From the IMG/VR virus record IMGVR_UViG_3300045988_117710: a stretch of 64,000 nt of DNA; one strand, written 5' to 3'. This DNA is from a virus. The notes below the pieces were generated by a model. The model saw nothing but the letters and a program-made list of their open reading frames with translations, had not been told where the DNA came from and searched no databases. The position numbers were made by a program, and so were the translations under genes. Numbering within the stretch: position 1 is the stretch's first letter; every line of letters starts with the position of its first letter. Positions 29,501-37,684 of the stretch are shown piece after piece.

Positions 29501-29816
29501 TAGTGTAGATGGTTTAGTTACTAAGTTTGTTGAGTTACCATATGGTGATTTCAAAGCAAATAATGCCATTGGTGTTCTTAATGATGGTACAGTGTTTTGG
29601 GTAGATAGTGAGAATGAAGCTTATTCAGTTCCTTGTTCTTACGATGAGTTAAAGAGAGCAATGTATGGTAAAGAACAAGATGATTGGATGGAATTTTCTC
29701 AAAGTTTCACTAGAATAGAAGACCCACTAGAAACTAAGATTATGGTTGCTATTGGACGTTACTCTGAAGATGTTCTAGATTATCATGAAACTTTTAAAGA
29801 TGGGTTACCATTCTAA
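26586..29816 (+). CDS. MNKLFES-leader family protein 2, giant member (1076 aa)
   Basis: N-terminus MNKLFESVDNLFDSGKSLINEDYRDDVINDLG. Acidic, with a coiled-coil segment (ICRLEDKIKECKDRIEEI...). No recognisable catalytic motif. Confidence 0.6.
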   Translation: MNKLFESVDNLFDSGKSLINEDYRDDVINDLGIEPGSDEEAQVDEILNTVPTVYDVFTLSQVDVNEYKSDLYTTVEDEDQAYDIVAELGAQGINAFVESRDANEDVIVPNNFLSGLYARDLNESTEGLSKEDKICRLEDKIKECKDRIEEIGNTEFFDDGSYEAGLELEDRAMERASLEYAISEYQKEIDELKGETINEGSKFDLYSIRGEIRDDETGRLMLHTKNKNNGLVGCANFFGDGSDMVTVYEGNGDGSDDKSMGFDEFLANYDYVLADEDEQPFGVTEASEEKVFVKKVKGPNGQFFDVYKKDGKFVDEYNNELTAEELKDYKLVEDESNGSTAILYQVTPGKTREYGFESLKMLDKFGIELSLDNYTEVANIDYSKYTDATDTNAILEAIFREGNTNQDMRVEFPTMRSVSMSDIVLLDGRYYYCDDFGWTDVTDRLTGVNESEGGDLKSQVVEYLTSKYGEGFELEDNVNGFTNQDEIIDSIVNSYEGNENLTVAEFIDSLIEPHGLIVVKSKGLSEGTSAKRIARYNEFDNGRVLHSWKDMTDEEAEELAKQKSIEDPNNVYYVCNDNVMNPTSDKVWYNGKSYDFSDVKFSETGTYCESEETDPRLDTFAELYYKYQDGESHEWTREEVIDWINDEIKLGDTSFTLDDETIDLLLGFQHDLHQADIEDLDEASKPLVKDKFYIDGVGPEFDGYHDPSVLWNGWECPFFTKEVADEITKTFTDESVTFEYDEAGKKYIITWNGEDTEEVPMTRRETVDGELDLFPLGYYGWCWNKASDDLEESNKLDETAWKGTLKSGSALRALINNPDDTIEYYQAVLDKIKDVCNEAIPMCDDEYYANGFQSLIDDIECIYYDEELDEGNVDYILDGLWDWADGAKLFVALGESEVVMEEDSNYTNKYRCVTAGYDTVETFDSKDDAIAFAKENDRVYSVMSDIYQGDMLISVGLNDIWSKYDEDLTEASSVDGLVTKFVELPYGDFKANNAIGVLNDGTVFWVDSENEAYSVPCSYDELKRAMYGKEQDDWMEFSQSFTRIEDPLETKIMVAIGRYSEDVLDYHETFKDGLPF

Positions 29817-29829
29817 TTAGGAGGTTAGT

Positions 29830-30162
29830 ATGAATAGTTTATTTGAAAGTGTTGACGCTTGTTTTGAATCTGATGTTATAGTTGAATCAGATTCAAAACT
29901 TGGTTCTATTTTTGTTGCTGAGGTTGGTTACAATGGTGTAGTCGGTACTTGTAGAGGTGCTGGTTCTACTCCTGAAGAAGCCAAAGCAAATGTTATTAAA
30001 TTCTTCAAGCAAGTTTATCCTAGTGTATTAGAAGATTTATTAACTAAAGAAGATTATCAAGATGTTTCTGAAGATAAAGCTCTTGAAGATTGGTATGGTA
30101 TCAATGTATTCGATTTAAGTTCTGGAGCTACTTGTGAGAGTGGAGAAACTTTAAAAGGATAA
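29830..30162 (+). CDS. MNKLFES-leader family protein 3 (110 aa)
   Basis: N-terminus MNSLFESVDACFESD. RBS TAGGAGG. Confidence 0.6.
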   Translation: MNSLFESVDACFESDVIVESDSKLGSIFVAEVGYNGVVGTCRGAGSTPEEAKANVIKFFKQVYPSVLEDLLTKEDYQDVSEDKALEDWYGINVFDLSSGATCESGETLKG

Positions 30163-30165
30163 TTT

Positions 30166-30495
30166 ATGAATAAGTTATTTGAAAGTATAGATAATTTATT
30201 TGAATCTGATATTCTAACTCTAGATGACTTCCTTAGTCATCTAGATGCCTATATGGCAGAGCAATCTATTTTCTTTGAACCATTAGGTGGTTATATTGTC
30301 TATGATGGAGAGTATAGGTTTGTTTATTATGAATTATTAGATACTAATACAACTTATAGTCGTGATGCAAAGAGAAAGCATTATCGTATATTAAGTTATG
30401 ATGGTTCTACTTTTGTTGAGAATCGAATTACAGCTCCTATGTATAATGACTATATTAGATTAGGCATGGTTAGGGAGTATAGTAGAGAGGTATAG
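30166..30495 (+). CDS. MNKLFES-leader family protein 4 (109 aa)
   Basis: N-terminus MNKLFESIDNLFESD. Confidence 0.6.
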   Translation: MNKLFESIDNLFESDILTLDDFLSHLDAYMAEQSIFFEPLGGYIVYDGEYRFVYYELLDTNTTYSRDAKRKHYRILSYDGSTFVENRITAPMYNDYIRLGMVREYSREV

Positions 30496-30504
30496 GAGAT
30501 TATT

Positions 30505-31002
30505 ATGAATAAGTTATTTGAGTCTGTTGATGACTTATATGAATCTGGAAGAAGTTTAGTTGTTGAAGATACTGAAGATTTTGTAGATGATGTTATTACT
30601 GATCCTTATGATTTAGGGTTTACTGAAGAAGATTTACAAAATAATCTTAATGTAAAGTTTACTGAATATGGTGAATTAGATAGTGCTGAACAAGAAGACT
30701 TTCCAGAATGTGATGCAGTATTATATTTTGATGTTTACTATGGAGATTCTAAAGTTGGTGAAACTCAATGTTATGGTGCTAAAGAAGATAATGTTGAAGA
30801 GTATTTTCCTCAAGTAATTGAAAATCTTGTTGGTAATACTTTTGGGTTAGACTTTAGTGAAATTAAGAAAGAAGAAAAACCTTTAGGTGAATCTATTGAA
30901 TATTGTTTAGTTTTACCAGAAGTAAAATCTGATGAAGAAATGAATAAGGTAATTGAAGCTCTTAAGGATTTAGGTTACGAAGCTTATTCTTGGACTCGTT
31001 AA
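30505..31002 (+). CDS. MNKLFES-leader family protein 5 (165 aa)
   Basis: N-terminus MNKLFESVDDLYESGRSLVVEDTEDFVDDVITD. The leader homology with member 2 extends to about 35 aa. Confidence 0.6.
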   Translation: MNKLFESVDDLYESGRSLVVEDTEDFVDDVITDPYDLGFTEEDLQNNLNVKFTEYGELDSAEQEDFPECDAVLYFDVYYGDSKVGETQCYGAKEDNVEEYFPQVIENLVGNTFGLDFSEIKKEEKPLGESIEYCLVLPEVKSDEEMNKVIEALKDLGYEAYSWTR

Positions 31003-31005
31003 TAT

Positions 31006-31035
31006 AAGACTAGTTAATCTAGTCTTTTTCTTTTG
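31006..31035. terminator. intrinsic terminator
   Basis: aagactag-ttaat-ctagtctt hairpin, then TTTTCTTTT. Confidence 0.6.
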
Positions 31036-31044
31036 TCTTTCTAT

Positions 31045-31052
31045 TATATATT
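31045..31052 (+). promoter_or_regulatory. class-B promoter-like motif TATATATT(TATTATAGTAGAG)
   Basis: Upstream of the terminase gene RBS. Confidence 0.4.
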
Positions 31053-31074
31053 TATTATAGTAGAGAGGTGGCCT

Positions 31075-32883
31075 ATGGATAATACTAATTTCCTAGATAA
31101 GATTATTGATTATAACAAATCTCAATATATTTCGAAAGCTACTAAGATTAGAGAGATAGTAGCACCAGAAGTTTGGATTAACGATCCTTACTATTGTGGT
31201 GAGGATGGTAAGTTTTTATATCCATTCTGGAAGAAACACTTTGTTGAGATTTTTTCTCGTCCAAATGAGAAGAGAATTAATGAGATTATAATTACTGGTT
31301 CTTTAGGAACTGGTAAGACTACATTCATGACTTTCTGCTTCTTAAGACTTTTATATGAGCTTAGTTGTTATGATTGTCCACAGATTCTTTATAATTTGAT
31401 GTCAAGTACTTCTATTGTTCTTATGTATTTGTCTATCAATAAGGATATAGCAGAGAATACTGGTTATGGGGATTTGAGACAGAGAATTGATACTATTCCA
31501 TACTTCATTGAGAATTATCCTAGAAATCAAAGATTGTCTAATGATATTGAGTTCCCACAATCTAATATTCGTGTAGGTTCTGGTTCTAGAGCTTCTCATG
31601 CAATTGGTACTAACTTAATTGCTGCGGCTCTTGACGAATCTAACTTCAAAGGTACGGGTGAAGCTGCTACTGATGTCAACTCAATGTCTAAAGCACAACA
31701 AGTTTATAATGCTTTACGTAGACGTGGAGAAAACCGTTTTACCGTTGGTGGTATTGATTATTCATTGTCTATCTTACTTTCTTCTGCAACTACTTCAAAC
31801 TCTTTTACAGAGGCACGTATTGCTCATACTGCTTCTAATGAGCATGTTTATCATATTAATGCTAAGGTTTATGAAGTTAAACCTGCAGGAACTTATAGTA
31901 GTGAGAAGTTTATAGTATTTATGGGTAATGACCAATTGGATCCTACTCTTGTTGAGACTGTTCCAGCTCTTAATAATATTATGGATTCGGTTGGATTACC
32001 AAGATTTGCAGATACAGTCAATCTCGTAGATAGTATTAACTCATTGAGAGAAGATATTAGGGCAATGTTTGAACTTGTTCCTATGAATTTTATTGAGTCT
32101 TTTAGAACAGATGTTGTTAAGTCTTTACAAGATATTTGTGGTGTTCCTGTTAACCCTATTGGTAGATTGTTTACAGCAAAGAGATATTATAATGAGTGTA
32201 TTGACAATCAAGTTACACATCCATTTATTCAAGATGAGTTTATTCTTTCTACTGGTTCATCTGTTACTGGTATTGAGTATTTAAGGTCTGATTGGAAACC
32301 TTTAGAACCACATAAGACTAGATTTGTTCATATCGACCAATCTACAGCATCCGATAAGACTGGTATTTGTATGGGATTTATAGACCATTTTGAGAATATT
32401 AATGGTGAGAATAGACCGGTTATTTATGTAGATTTTATGTTAGCTGTTAATCCACCATTGGCACCAGAAAAGATTCATATTGCCAAGTGTCGTCAGTTAG
32501 TTTTAGATATAGCCAAGAAGTTTAATCTTAAGATTGGTAAATTCACTTACGATACCTTTGCATCTCAAGAGTCTGTTCAACAGCTTCAACAAGAAGGTAT
32601 TAATGCTGATTTTCAATCAGTGGATAGAACAGTTGATGCTTATCTTGAGTTGTGTGATTTATTTTATGAGAAGAGAATTCATATCTATTCTTATCCGAAG
32701 TTTGAGAAGGAGTTCTTTAATTTACAATACTATCGTGATAGGAAGAAGATAGACCACTTACCAGAGTTTTCAAAGGACGTTTCTGATGCTGTTGCAGGAA
32801 TGATTCATAATTGTACTCATAATGATGCTCAGTTGGATGCACTTCGTAAGATGGATGCTGAAAACATTCTTAAGTGGTTATAA
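31075..32883 (+). CDS. terminase large subunit
   Basis: Start ATG 31075 after AGAGAGGTGG (the track ORF begins inside the terminator). ATPase Walker A GSLGTGKTT and Walker B-like AAALDESN. C-terminal RNase-H-like nuclease region with conserved acidic residues (HIDQSTASDKTG...DTFASQ...DAV). Confidence 0.7.
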   Translation: MDNTNFLDKIIDYNKSQYISKATKIREIVAPEVWINDPYYCGEDGKFLYPFWKKHFVEIFSRPNEKRINEIIITGSLGTGKTTFMTFCFLRLLYELSCYDCPQILYNLMSSTSIVLMYLSINKDIAENTGYGDLRQRIDTIPYFIENYPRNQRLSNDIEFPQSNIRVGSGSRASHAIGTNLIAAALDESNFKGTGEAATDVNSMSKAQQVYNALRRRGENRFTVGGIDYSLSILLSSATTSNSFTEARIAHTASNEHVYHINAKVYEVKPAGTYSSEKFIVFMGNDQLDPTLVETVPALNNIMDSVGLPRFADTVNLVDSINSLREDIRAMFELVPMNFIESFRTDVVKSLQDICGVPVNPIGRLFTAKRYYNECIDNQVTHPFIQDEFILSTGSSVTGIEYLRSDWKPLEPHKTRFVHIDQSTASDKTGICMGFIDHFENINGENRPVIYVDFMLAVNPPLAPEKIHIAKCRQLVLDIAKKFNLKIGKFTYDTFASQESVQQLQQEGINADFQSVDRTVDAYLELCDLFYEKRIHIYSYPKFEKEFFNLQYYRDRKKIDHLPEFSKDVSDAVAGMIHNCTHNDAQLDALRKMDAENILKWL

Positions 32884-32891
32884 TTTTGTTT

Positions 32892-32901
32892 TTCGTATTA
32901 T
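32892..32901 (+). promoter_or_regulatory. class-A-like motif TTCGTATTAT overlapping TATATATT
   Basis: Hybrid A/B motif upstream of the gene at 32933. Confidence 0.35.
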
Positions 32902-32932
32902 ATATTATGAATGAAGAAAGGATTGGTTTAAT

Positions 32933-33208
32933 ATGTATGTAATTATTATTGAACACTCATTATCTGATGAACATGATAATGATATTGCTTTTATATCAGT
33001 TAAAGAAGTAGGAGCTCCTGGTACTCCTATATCTGGTCAATATTCTGCTGATAATGAATGTTATTATGAATGGTATGAAACTTATGAAGATTATCAAGTT
33101 GCTCTTGATGTTAAGAATGAGTTAGTTGATAGATTCAAACCATATATGATGGTTAAGAAAAATAAGAAGAATCATAAAAATGTAACTAAAGTTGTGACTT
33201 CTGAATAG
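32933..33208 (+). CDS. hypothetical small protein
   Basis: 91 aa. RBS AAAGGATTGG. Confidence 0.45.
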   Translation: MYVIIIEHSLSDEHDNDIAFISVKEVGAPGTPISGQYSADNECYYEWYETYEDYQVALDVKNELVDRFKPYMMVKKNKKNHKNVTKVVTSE

Positions 33209-33225
33209 TAAATTAGGGAGGAGTT

Positions 33226-34989
33226 ATGTCTGGACCTTTAAACGATAAATTATTGGACGAGGCAGTCAACAAGACTCTTAATGAAAAGAGTTATGAGACT
33301 AACAAGTCTTTTATTGCTGGTATGTCTTTATCACAATTTAGTGACTTTATTCACTCTGACCAAATGTCAGATTTAAATGATAAGGCACTTTATGATGAGA
33401 TGTTACTAGATGCCACAGTTCGTAATGTAATTGATGCTTATGTTGCTGAGATTGTAATTCGTGATACTAATACAAATCATATTTGTACTGTTTTATCTGA
33501 AGATGCTAAACTTGTCGAAGAGTTAAACTCTTTTCTATTTGATAATATCAATATAGATGCTTTAGCAAATAATATTGTATTAAGAATGTTAGCTTATGGA
33601 TGTGCTCCATGTGAGTTAGCTTATATTGATTCAACTACAGATTCTCAATGGCAATTATTCTCTGAAAGTGAGAAGTTAAAAGATATGACTTCTGAAAACT
33701 TATTAGAGAGTTTATCCAAGAAGGATGTTAAAGAGTTTCTTGTTGAAGGTAAGAAACTACGAGTTGTTTCTAATAAGAAAGCTCTTAAGGAAGATGTTCT
33801 TGAGTTAAGAAAGAAACAGTTCCCTGTTAGATGGTATTTAAATCAATTACCTATTTGGTCTTTGAAGGTTTTAAATTCTAAGGGTAAAGATATCGCTTAT
33901 TTAGATCCAACTGTAACTGATAGAGTTTATGATGGAAGAACTCTTGTTCCTTTTATGAACATTTCTTCTAATGATTCAACTAGTATTAGTTCAACAGATG
34001 GTTCTGATAGTTATACTATATCAGCATCTGAAAGTTTTCTTAAACCTGCTAGAAAAGCGTATAGAGTTTTAAGTTCTTTTGAGGATTTATTATTAATCCA
34101 TGCACTTACTACTTCAATTAACTATCGTATTTTTAGTGTTGAAGTTGGTAATTTAGATGAGAAACAAACTCCAGCTCTTTTAGGAGATATTAAGAAGAGA
34201 ATTAATGAGAATGAATCATTCAATTTAGAGACTTCATTCTATAATGCTTCTATGACAGGTGTTCCTCTAGGAGCGTCAATCCTTATTCCAACAAGAAATG
34301 GGGTTGGAACTATTTCAGTTCAACAAATTGATAATAGTTTTGGTACTAGTGAATTAGGTGATTTTAATTATTTCAAGAATAAATTAGCAACTGCTTTACA
34401 TAGTAATTCACTTTTAACTGGTTCTACTGATAATGCAGGTGGACTTGATTCTGGTGGTTCTATGTCTGTTCTTGATGATAGAGCATCACAATATATAGAG
34501 TTATATAGAAATATATTTGCTTCTGGTATTGAATCTTTATGTGATTATTATTTAAGATTAACTAGAACAGAGTCTGCTTATTCAAAGTTAACTACTTTTA
34601 GTATTAGACTTGCTAGAAATATAGATGCTGAACAAGTTAATTTCTTAAAGGGACAATCTGAAGCTGCAAGTTCTCTACAACAAGTTGTTAGAGCACTTAA
34701 AGATTTAGGTTTAGATATGAAGAATTTCTCTGATACTCAATTATTACTAGTTCGTAAATTCTTGGGTAATGAGATTGCAGATTCTTTAGCTCTTGAGATG
34801 GAGAGTGCTAGTTCATTGTCTAGTCGCAAACCTCCTATTGTAGGAGATGATTCTACTGGTGGTGAGTTAGGTTCTACTGGTGATGATTCATTTGATTCAT
34901 TCGAAGTAAGTGATGAAGAAGTTGACAATGCAGTTTCTGGTTCTGATGAAGAACAATTAACTGTTGAAGAACCTGGTATTGAATTATAA
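33226..34989 (+). CDS. putative portal protein
   Basis: 587 aa. Downstream of the terminase. Acidic C-terminal tail. Assignment is by position and size only. Confidence 0.4.
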   Translation: MSGPLNDKLLDEAVNKTLNEKSYETNKSFIAGMSLSQFSDFIHSDQMSDLNDKALYDEMLLDATVRNVIDAYVAEIVIRDTNTNHICTVLSEDAKLVEELNSFLFDNINIDALANNIVLRMLAYGCAPCELAYIDSTTDSQWQLFSESEKLKDMTSENLLESLSKKDVKEFLVEGKKLRVVSNKKALKEDVLELRKKQFPVRWYLNQLPIWSLKVLNSKGKDIAYLDPTVTDRVYDGRTLVPFMNISSNDSTSISSTDGSDSYTISASESFLKPARKAYRVLSSFEDLLLIHALTTSINYRIFSVEVGNLDEKQTPALLGDIKKRINENESFNLETSFYNASMTGVPLGASILIPTRNGVGTISVQQIDNSFGTSELGDFNYFKNKLATALHSNSLLTGSTDNAGGLDSGGSMSVLDDRASQYIELYRNIFASGIESLCDYYLRLTRTESAYSKLTTFSIRLARNIDAEQVNFLKGQSEAASSLQQVVRALKDLGLDMKNFSDTQLLLVRKFLGNEIADSLALEMESASSLSSRKPPIVGDDSTGGELGSTGDDSFDSFEVSDEEVDNAVSGSDEEQLTVEEPGIEL

Positions 34990-35004
34990 ATTTCGTAGAA
35001 TAAG

Positions 35005-35034
35005 TAGAGAATTTAATTATTCTCTACTTTTTTA
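35005..35034. terminator. intrinsic terminator
   Basis: gtagagaat-ttaat-attctctac hairpin, then T7. Confidence 0.65.
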
Positions 35035-35044
35035 TTCGTATAAT
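35035..35044 (+). promoter_or_regulatory. class-A promoter-like motif TTCGTATAAT
   Basis: Before the SSB gene. Confidence 0.45.
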
Positions 35045-35069
35045 TTATTATGAAAGAGAGGTTAAGTAT

Positions 35070-35540
35070 ATGAATACAGTTATTATGTGTGGAAATCTAA
35101 CAGCAGATCCTGAATTACGTCAGGGAGCATCTGGAGTTAATTATACTCAGTTTACTGTTGCTGTTCAACGTTCTAATTTAGAGAAAGATGGAACAAGAAA
35201 AGCAGATTTTATTCCTACTACAGCATTTGGAAACAATGCAATCAATATTTGTAAGTATTTTAAGAAGGGTTCAAAGATACTTCTAAATGGTGAGTGGAGA
35301 ACTGATTCTTATGACCAAAATGGTGTAAGAGTTTATACTCATAAGTTTATAGTTACTCGTTTCTTCTTTACTGGAGGTTCTAGTAATAATAACAGTACAA
35401 CTGCAAATCAATCGTTAGGTGTTCCATATCAACAAGCTCAACAAAATGCACAAATTCGTCAAGATTTTGAAGTACCAACTATAGCAGATGTACCTCAAGA
35501 AGATTTCGGGTTTAGTACAGAAGATGATTTTGGTTTCTAG
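35070..35540 (+). CDS. ssb: single-stranded DNA-binding protein (OB-fold SSB)
   Basis: Typical SSB N-terminus (MNTVIMCGNLTADPELRQ...V.YT.FTVAV.R) and an acidic C-terminal tail ending DDFGF. Confidence 0.75.
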   Translation: MNTVIMCGNLTADPELRQGASGVNYTQFTVAVQRSNLEKDGTRKADFIPTTAFGNNAINICKYFKKGSKILLNGEWRTDSYDQNGVRVYTHKFIVTRFFFTGGSSNNNSTTANQSLGVPYQQAQQNAQIRQDFEVPTIADVPQEDFGFSTEDDFGF

Positions 35541-35549
35541 GAGGTTAAT

Positions 35550-35756
35550 ATGATAAGAGTTAATGATAATTTATATCCAAAAGAAAATATTAAGAATGTT
35601 TCAATTACTTCTGATAATGGTTCTTTTATACTAACTTATTATTTTAAGGAAGATACTAGATTAAGACCTGTTTCTGAATCATTTACTTCTTCTAAAGATA
35701 TGGAGAAGAAGATTACAGAATTACAAGGTAAGAAGGGTAAGACACTTCTTGGCTAG
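35550..35756 (+). CDS. hypothetical small protein
   Basis: RBS TAGGAGG. Confidence 0.4.
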   Translation: MIRVNDNLYPKENIKNVSITSDNGSFILTYYFKEDTRLRPVSESFTSSKDMEKKITELQGKKGKTLLG

Positions 35757-36090
35757 TATGAAAGAGTTTTCTATCTTTTTAGATGAGATAACTCCTTGTT
35801 TGGAGAGTCGTGAGGAGATAGATATTATAACTATAAGGGATAAAGTTAATAATCTCATTTCCTATTATAATTTAAATAAGTCGAATTTGATTACCAAGTG
35901 GATTGAGATTAATGGCAATGATGCTTTTAAGATTCTTCAAGTAACTGATGTGGATTCTTATTTTAAGGTTTTGAGTGTTGTTTTGATGAGTTCTATTGAG
36001 TATTTGTCTGTTCGCAATGATCCTTTATATCTTTTAGCACAATTATCAATTATGTCGGATTGGTATTCGTATAATTCTTTGGATATTTAA
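35749..36090 (+). CDS. hypothetical protein
   Basis: Overlaps the upstream stop. Confidence 0.4.
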   Translation: MASMKEFSIFLDEITPCLESREEIDIITIRDKVNNLISYYNLNKSNLITKWIEINGNDAFKILQVTDVDSYFKVLSVVLMSSIEYLSVRNDPLYLLAQLSIMSDWYSYNSLDI

Positions 36091-36107
36091 TGATTTGAGG
36101 TGATTAA

Positions 36108-37076
36108 GTGTTAAAGCTTTATTTTGTAGGAGATTTACATTTACATGATGTAAGTCCTAGTTCGAGAATAGATGATTATTCTCAAGCAATTTTAGATAAG
36201 CTTTCTCAAGTATTTACTAAGGCGAAGGAAAGTAATGTTGATGCAATTATATTTGAAGGAGATATTTTCCATAAGCCATCTGGTATTTCAGTTAGATACT
36301 TGAATAAGGTTATTGATGTGTTTAAGGAAGCACATTGTCCATGTTATTCTGTTATAGGAAATCATGATGTTCAGTATGGTCGAATAGATGATATTGGTGG
36401 CACTTCTTTAGGAGTTCTATTTAAAGCTGGTTTACTGAAACCATTCTTTGCTGGAGCTTTCTCAATTCCTTTTATGGATGGTAAGGTTTTAGTTGAAGGA
36501 TATAACTATGGTGAGGATATTTCTCAAGCAAGTCCAAGTAGACAAGCAAATTTAACTATTTGTGTTGCTCATAGTTATGGTGAAGATGTTTCATTTGGTG
36601 CTGCAGATACACCAGAGTACTTTAAGTTTAATTCTATAGCTCCTGAAGTTCCATATAATGTTTATGTTTTAGGACATGACCATTCATATCATGATACTAT
36701 GGATTTGTTTGGTGGTCTTTCTAAACTTTATCGTTTAGGAGCTTTGTCTAGAGCAACTTCTAGTGTTACTGATACTAGTAGAGATGTTCAAGTTCTAGAG
36801 TTAGATATTAATGAGGATGGTTCTTATATTCCAATTCCTGTTCACATTGATATTAATCCTGCAGAAGATTGTTTCTCTGCTTTAGCTCTTGATAAGGATA
36901 TGATGTCAAAGAGAGATAGAGAGTTGATTAATAAGTCTTTAGAGGAAGTTTTAGCAAATCTAGATTTTTCAGTTAAGAGTTCTATTTATGATATTCTTGA
37001 TGCTATGGATTTAGATGATAATGTCAAAGCAACTGTAGAACGATATTTGAATAATGCGTTCATTGTAAGGAAGTAG
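36108..37076 (+). CDS. Mre11/SbcD-like DNA repair nuclease (T4 gp47-like metallophosphoesterase)
   Basis: Calcineurin-like motifs GDLHL, GDIFH and GNHD in the order seen in gp47/SbcD. GTG start after GAGGTGA. No adjacent Rad50/SbcC-like gene. Confidence 0.65.
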   Translation: MLKLYFVGDLHLHDVSPSSRIDDYSQAILDKLSQVFTKAKESNVDAIIFEGDIFHKPSGISVRYLNKVIDVFKEAHCPCYSVIGNHDVQYGRIDDIGGTSLGVLFKAGLLKPFFAGAFSIPFMDGKVLVEGYNYGEDISQASPSRQANLTICVAHSYGEDVSFGAADTPEYFKFNSIAPEVPYNVYVLGHDHSYHDTMDLFGGLSKLYRLGALSRATSSVTDTSRDVQVLELDINEDGSYIPIPVHIDINPAEDCFSALALDKDMMSKRDRELINKSLEEVLANLDFSVKSSIYDILDAMDLDDNVKATVERYLNNAFIVRK

Positions 37077-37091
37077 TATACTTCCTTTTTT
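37069..37091. terminator. intrinsic terminator
   Basis: ggaagta-gta-tacttcc hairpin, then T6. Confidence 0.55.
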
Positions 37092-37099
37092 CGTATAAT
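37090..37099 (+). promoter_or_regulatory. class-A promoter-like motif TTCGTATAAT
   Basis: 12 nt before the AGGAGG RBS of the gene at 37123. Confidence 0.45.
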
Positions 37100-37122
37100 A
37101 ATTAGATGATAGGAGGTATATT

Positions 37123-37356
37123 ATGCTTTGTATGAATGGTGTTAGTACAGGTAAGATTCCAATGACTTATACTTGGGTTCCTTGTTTTGTTTGTAATCAT
37201 TGTAGAAAGATAGTATCTGGTGGTGAGTATATTCAAGGAGTTTTCTATTGTCCTATGTGTGCAAGTATAATTCATAGGAATAATAGAGAGTCTAGGGAAG
37301 TTGTTCCTGTGGTAGTTCCTATTAGTATTCCAATGGATAGACAAATTACTTATTAG
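37123..37356 (+). CDS. zinc-ribbon protein
   Basis: CFVCNHC...CPMC. Confidence 0.45.
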   Translation: MLCMNGVSTGKIPMTYTWVPCFVCNHCRKIVSGGEYIQGVFYCPMCASIIHRNNRESREVVPVVVPISIPMDRQITY

Positions 37357-37365
37357 GAGGTATTT

Positions 37366-37683
37366 ATGGAGAAGTTTGAGTTTTGTATTCCAGAAGGGAT
37401 TTCGATTCCCACTGATTTGAAGGTTAAGAAAGGTAAGATTATAGTTAATTATCATAGAGATTCTGATGATTCTATGACTTGGCATTTTACTGTTTATAAT
37501 GCAGGTTCTTTGTCTGAAGCTGATAATGTTGTTCATGAGATTATTCAATTAATGTGTGATCAGTCTTTTGATCATGGTGCTGAGTGGAGAATGACTTCTT
37601 GTGAGATGGGTGATTCTTGTTTTAATAACTTTCTTGACTATGCTGATTTTAAGGTATCATTTAGAATAAAGGATAGTTGGTAA
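37366..37683 (+). CDS. hypothetical protein
   Basis: RBS TAGGAGG. 105 aa. Confidence 0.45.
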   Translation: MEKFEFCIPEGISIPTDLKVKKGKIIVNYHRDSDDSMTWHFTVYNAGSLSEADNVVHEIIQLMCDQSFDHGAEWRMTSCEMGDSCFNNFLDYADFKVSFRIKDSW

Positions 37684-37684
37684 T

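Noticed and set aside
34981-35000. AATTTCGTAGAAT after the portal stop and AATTCGTATTGTTA at 8799 as further class-A promoters
   Set aside because: They lie upstream of, not downstream of, the local terminators and deviate in the TATAAT core. They are probably chance partial matches.
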